Source of the DNA: Azolla caroliniana
Taxonomy: Eukaryota; Plantae; Polypodiophyta
Direction: 5' to 3'
Assembly (NCBI GenBank): GCA_043228905.1
Contig: JBHGNT010001083.1
Coordinates: 1 to 12,237 of the forward strand
DNA length: 12,237 nucleotides
Shown piece after piece: positions 7,671 through 12,237 of the stretch. The notes under the pieces are model-generated. The model had not been told where the DNA came from. It made no database searches and worked only from the letters and a program-made list of their open reading frames with translations. Made by a program: the position numbers and the translations under genes. Position 1 is the stretch's first letter. Every line of letters starts with the position of its first letter.

Positions 7671-10043
7671 ATGATGGGACTAGGATTGGAACCAGTGATA
7701 ACATCAACGACAGATGTAGGAGATGGCATTCAAGAGGAGATTCTTGGACCAGCTGCATTTGTAGCTTTATTGAAGACTTGTACCAAGAAAAAGGACTTTT
7801 GCACAGGCAGTAGAATACATGCTGATATTGTGAAAAGAGGGTTGCTTGAAACAAATGTTTATGTTGGTAGTACCTTAGTCAATATGTATGCAAAATGTGG
7901 CGAACTTGCAAAAGCACAAGAAGTATTCGATGAACTTCCTGCGAGGAATACTGTCTCATGGACAGCATTGATTGCAGGATATGCTCAACATGGCCAGGGT
8001 GAAAGGGCCTTAAAATGTTTCGAACAAATGAAGCTTGATGGCCTCTCGCCAGATGCCGTGACACTTGTTTGTATGTTAAGAGCATGTGGTAATGTAGGAT
8101 CAACTGACATGGGGCATGAAATATACGCTTACATCTTGAAAGAGGGTTTGCTAGGAAAAAACCTTTGGGTTGGCAATGCATTGGTTGATATGTATGCCAA
8201 ATGTGGTGCAATGAAAATGGCCCAACAAGTGTTTAACAAGATTCCAATTAGGGATGTGATCTCTTGGACTTCTTTGATTGCAGGATATGCCCACCTTGGT
8301 AAAGGTGAAGCATTGCATTGTTTTGAACAAATGCAACATGAAGGATTTTCTCCAAACGCAGTCACATATGTGTGCATCTTGAACGTGTGTGGAAGCATAA
8401 GAGCCGTTTCCAAAGGTCAAGAGATACATGCCGAGATTGTTAAAGAGGGTTTGCTCAAGGAAAACATATTGGTTGGAAATGCTTTGGTTGATATGTATGC
8501 AAAATGTGGTGAACTTGGTAAAGCAAAAGAAGTGTTCGATAAACTTCCTGTCCGGGATATAGTCTCATGGACAGCCCTAATTGCAGGATATGCCCAATAC
8601 GGATATGGTGAAGAAGCATTGAAATGTTATGAAGGGATGCAAGGTGAAGGGCTGGACCCAAATGCAATAACATATGTCTGCATTTTGAAAGCATGTGGAA
8701 GCATTGGAGCACTCATCGAAGGCGAAGAGATACACGCCCAGATTATTAAGAAGGGTTTATTAGAAAAGAATATTATGATCAGTCCTGCATTGATAGATAT
8801 GTATGCAAAATGTGGTGAACATAAGAAAGCACAAAAAGTATTCAAGGAGCTTTCTGCTCGTGATATAGTGTGCTACAATGTGCTCATCTCAGGATATACT
8901 CAACGTGGACATGCTGAGGAAGCACTCACTTGTTTCGAGGAGATGAAATATGAAGGCATTTCTCCAAATTCGATCACTTTTGTTAGTATCTTGAAAGCCT
9001 GTGGAAGCATAGGCGCAGGTGCCAAAGGTGAGGAAATACACACTCAGATTGTGAGAGAGGATTTACTAGAAAAAAACAATTTGATTGGCAATGCACTGGT
9101 TGACATGTATGCGAAATGTGGTTTGCTTGCAAAAGCTCAGCAAGTGTTTGATAACCTTCCAATTCGGAGTGTCATATCATGGACTGCGTTGCTTGCAGGG
9201 TATGCTCAACATGGTTATGGTGAGGAAGCATTGAACTGTTTTGAGCAGATGCAATATGAAGGAATTGCCCCGAATGTAGTTACTTTTGTTTGTATCTTGA
9301 AGGCATGTGGGAGCATAGGAGCACTGTCAAAGGGCCAAGAAATACATGCCAAGATGATGAAGGAAGGGATATTTGAAAAAGATAGTTTGGTTAGGACTTC
9401 AGTGATAGATATGTATGCAAAATGTGGTGCTCTTGCCAAAGCACAGGATGTGTTTGATCAGCTTCCAAATCGAGATGTAATCTCCTGGAATGCGCTACTT
9501 ACAGGGTATGCCCAACTTGGAAATGGTGACATTGTTTTCAGTTTATTTGACAAAATGATAGAACAGGGTACAAAACCAGATACTGCCACATTTTCTATTT
9601 TGCTTAACACGTGTTGTCATTTAGGTCTTCTTGATAAAGGCCAAATGTACTTTGAAACTATGAGCACACAACATGGCATCTTCCCGACTTTGGAGCACCA
9701 TGCTTGTGTGGTTGACCTTTTTAGCCGTGCTGGTCATTTTGGTAAAGCTGTATCAGTGATTAAGGGGATGCCATATTCTGCTGATAATACAATGTGGCAC
9801 ATCCTGCTGAGTGCTTGTGGAAAATGGGGACATGTAAATGTTGGAAAGATGGCCTTTGAACATGCAGTAGATCTAGATGAAAAAGATGCCATAGCATATG
9901 TTTGCATGAGCAATATTTATGCAGCTTCTGGTATGCCAGAGGAAGATGCATACGATATTGAAACCATAAGAAAGCAGAAAGTGTGGATACAACCAGGGGC
10001 ATCCTGGTGGGCTAACTACGTGAAACTAGAAAATATGGTTTAA
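7671..10043 (+). CDS. PLS-class pentatricopeptide repeat protein (E subgroup with WW-type PG box, DYW domain truncated); putative organellar RNA-editing specificity factor
   Basis: 790-aa ORF with (L-S-P)x5, L-S, P2-L2-S2, E1 (from 9783), E2 and PGASWW (9993-10010), then a stop. MYAKCG recurs at nt 7884, 8190, 8493, 8799, 9105 and 9411 (306-nt period, one 303). Confidence 0.96.
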   Translation: MMGLGLEPVITSTTDVGDGIQEEILGPAAFVALLKTCTKKKDFCTGSRIHADIVKRGLLETNVYVGSTLVNMYAKCGELAKAQEVFDELPARNTVSWTALIAGYAQHGQGERALKCFEQMKLDGLSPDAVTLVCMLRACGNVGSTDMGHEIYAYILKEGLLGKNLWVGNALVDMYAKCGAMKMAQQVFNKIPIRDVISWTSLIAGYAHLGKGEALHCFEQMQHEGFSPNAVTYVCILNVCGSIRAVSKGQEIHAEIVKEGLLKENILVGNALVDMYAKCGELGKAKEVFDKLPVRDIVSWTALIAGYAQYGYGEEALKCYEGMQGEGLDPNAITYVCILKACGSIGALIEGEEIHAQIIKKGLLEKNIMISPALIDMYAKCGEHKKAQKVFKELSARDIVCYNVLISGYTQRGHAEEALTCFEEMKYEGISPNSITFVSILKACGSIGAGAKGEEIHTQIVREDLLEKNNLIGNALVDMYAKCGLLAKAQQVFDNLPIRSVISWTALLAGYAQHGYGEEALNCFEQMQYEGIAPNVVTFVCILKACGSIGALSKGQEIHAKMMKEGIFEKDSLVRTSVIDMYAKCGALAKAQDVFDQLPNRDVISWNALLTGYAQLGNGDIVFSLFDKMIEQGTKPDTATFSILLNTCCHLGLLDKGQMYFETMSTQHGIFPTLEHHACVVDLFSRAGHFGKAVSVIKGMPYSADNTMWHILLSACGKWGHVNVGKMAFEHAVDLDEKDAIAYVCMSNIYAASGMPEEDAYDIETIRKQKVWIQPGASWWANYVKLENMV
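7749..9782 (+). repeat. PPR tandem array of 20 motifs; 102-aa (306-nt) triplets of 36-aa L, 31-aa S and 35-aa P
   Basis: Motif boundaries parsed by eye from the translation. One P motif has a 1-aa deletion (GYAHLGKGEAL). Confidence 0.93.
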
Positions 10044-10201
10044 GGAATGTCAGAGAAGGCAAAATTCGTTGCCATAAATGCAGAGAAGTTGACTACTGCA
10101 ATGTATCATTCATCCACAACAGAGATAACCAACACACTGTTGACATGTGGATGACTGTCTTGAAAGAAGTATGGAGACATGGAAATTAATGTTGTGGTGG
10201 A
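10044..10201 (+). pseudogene. Probable decayed DYW cytidine-deaminase domain remnant behind the PPR stop codon
   Basis: In frame past TAA: GMSEK...NAEKLTTA (cf. HSEKLAIA) ...ITNTLLTC; after a +1 shift DDCL (cf. KNLRVCxDCH); in another frame HGN*CCGG (cf. DGxCSCGDYW). The motifs are in the correct order but carry deletions. Confidence 0.5.
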
Positions 10202-12000
10202 ATCTTGACAGCAGTGCAAGTGTTTGGATGAAGCATCTATTGTAAAGAATCCATCTGAAACGGAATACATTATGAACGTCTACGATGAGCCAAAGTGTTC
10301 CTAGGAAACTAAGAGAAACTACAAAAATTGAAGTTCTTTTGGACACTGAAGAAAAACAATGATATGATGTATGTACAAGCATGATATTGCATTACTTATA
10401 GCCAAGGAATGTGGCTTTGTGGCTGCCAGCTCAGAATGATAAGAGCCAAGATATGACTGGCTATATTAACTGCTATATTAGCGTACCCGTGTAGTGTGTT
10501 TGAGAACATCATATTGGGTACAGTTAACATGGTCTTGGGAACATTACATTACATGATGCACCATTTTCTATATAAGAATGTATTGATTTACTTCAAGTAA
10601 TCAAGTAGGGTGTTGACGTGTTAGAAGACCTGAACAAGCTATACAAAATATTCAGTTATTTATGATAAAATGGTATAATTATTTTTACTGATACATCCAT
10701 TTAGAGTGCTAATTGTGAGTACACTATGATAAGCGTATAGGTGTGTAAATATTGTTTGTTATTAGTCAATGTAATCCCTGCAAAGCTTTTATCACATGCA
10801 TCAACCCATGATTGGTAAATGAAGATTATATAGGGGTTGAGAGTGATATGTTGCTCATTCACACTCATGACCATGACCTGAGGACAACTCATGTTTGGAG
10901 TGGTGTTTTTGTTTATCATATCTTCCCTAAAATCTTCTCAATTATATCCTAGTTCAAAACCTTGGTGATTCCACCCATGCACAAATAGATCCATCACACT
11001 GTCACACATTGGGAGTGAGGAAATGTTGTTCTAATGAGACTAGAAATCACATTGGAACACGTTACACAACGCAAGGAGTCACAATTGGAGGATGCCAATT
11101 TGGGCATTGTTGACAACCTCAAGTTGACGAGTATCTTAGCCATCTCATTAAATGTCTAGCAAAATGCTGCAAAACATGACCCAACCTAAACCTTTTGAAG
11201 TAAGTGTGCCACCATGGGGGCATTTGCTTGACCTTTCATGTGAGTCGTTCTCTTCTATAAGGCGAGCTAACATTAGTTGCGGCTTTCCTTGAGCTTCAAG
11301 GCCAAGTCTAGGGCCTTGCCCATACTCGTCGTTTCTTTTGCTTCTAGAACTTGAATCTTGTCAGCCTTCTAGAGCATCTTTCCTACACATATCAAGTCAA
11401 TTCATGATCGGTTGAGTTCCTCTGAATGTACTTACATGAATATTTAAAAGCAGCTTTATTGTGGAAATATTTACCGACAGAAATACCATTGTTGCCTCCT
11501 TGGTTGGAGGAAAATATGGAACAATACATTATGCATTAAAGCACATTATTAAACCATTTATAATACATATAAAAGACTTTTGAGACATTTCCCTTGTATC
11601 ATTTATTGATTCTTATATTAGTGAAATGTTAAACCTAATACACATAGACACAACGTGAAGTGCTTTACAATGTTAAGGTCACAAGTTTGAATTTTTTTTG
11701 TTACCAATCATATAAATTCTCTAAATTGAGGTTAGGCATGCTAAGCGGATGCCTTTAAAAATAATTCTCAACATTGAAATGGAGACAAAATCTATGGTAG
11801 AAAGCGTGAAAGTGATAACGTTGTACTAAGTAATGATTAGATGGAGAAGGAGAATATCTATATGTATACACACATATACTCCCTCCGCCCCATTACATAT
11901 TTGAGATGGCGACATAAACTCTTTGAGGATTTTGAGGTCATTAGTTCAATTGTGTGACGTGTTGTTGTAGCAAAGACGTGTGGAACTAAAGCACCTTATG

Positions 12001-12237
12001 TTCATAACCTAATAGATTTATAGCAAGGTAATAGAAGGTTATCCTATGGAGAGGCATAGGTTTATCCCTTCAATTTCAAGTTTCATAATCTAATACCTTG
12101 TTAGGAAGGTAATGGAAGATTACACAATGGAGTGTTATAGGTTGGTTATCCCTTTCGAGGTTCATAACCTAATAGCTTGCTACCAAGTTAAGTGAAGGTT
12201 ATCCTATGAAGAGTCATGGGATATCCCTCCAATAGCC
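12001..12237. repeat. Diverged ~80-bp tandem repeat, at least 3 copies (starts 12001, 12082, 12161), running off the window
   Basis: Each unit reads roughly ttcataa.ctaata...aag.taa..gaag.tta....atg.ag...at.gg...tatccct. Units 1 and 3 are more alike than either is to unit 2. Confidence 0.88.

Noticed and set aside
7666-10002. Multiple antisense ORFs with repeated motifs (e.g. PHFAYIS, HILHTY)
   Set aside because: These are shadows of the 306-nt periodic PPR coding sequence on the opposite strand.
9993-10100. U-to-C (DYW:KP) editing enzyme, suggested by AEKL resembling HAEKL
   Set aside because: The PG box is PGASWW rather than KPAxA, the His is absent, and the motif lies beyond the stop codon, so no active enzyme can be claimed.
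12001-12237. CRISPR-like appearance (recurring ttcataacctaatag with ~80-bp period)
   Set aside because: The sequence between the conserved cores is also homologous across units, so there are no unique spacers. The context is eukaryotic and there are no cas genes.

Overview
Eukaryotic nuclear DNA from a land plant, most likely a fern (inferred from the PPR motif style). It holds two divergently oriented genes, both probably acting on organellar RNA. (1) Minus strand, ~696/772..5402: a DEAD-box RNA helicase of the RH3/PMH (RH9/RH53) clade with at least 9 exons that I could splice by hand into one frame using GT..AG introns. It has an organelle-type presequence, all helicase motifs, a GUCT-like domain and a Gly/Ser/Arg tail; its last exon is unresolved. 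(2) Plus strand, 7671..10043: a PLS-class PPR protein (20 PPR motifs, E1/E2, 'PGASWW' box), intronless across the array, with probable upstream exon(s). The ORF stops just after the PG box, and the sequence behind the stop codon looks like a decayed DYW deaminase domain. The spacer between the genes has an (AAG)n microsatellite fused to the helicase start codons, a ~160-bp diverged duplication, a canonical G-quadruplex motif and degenerate telomere-like repeats. The right end has a ~80-bp diverged tandem repeat and possibly decayed retroelement sequence. No prokaryotic systems, CRISPR arrays or RNA genes are supported.
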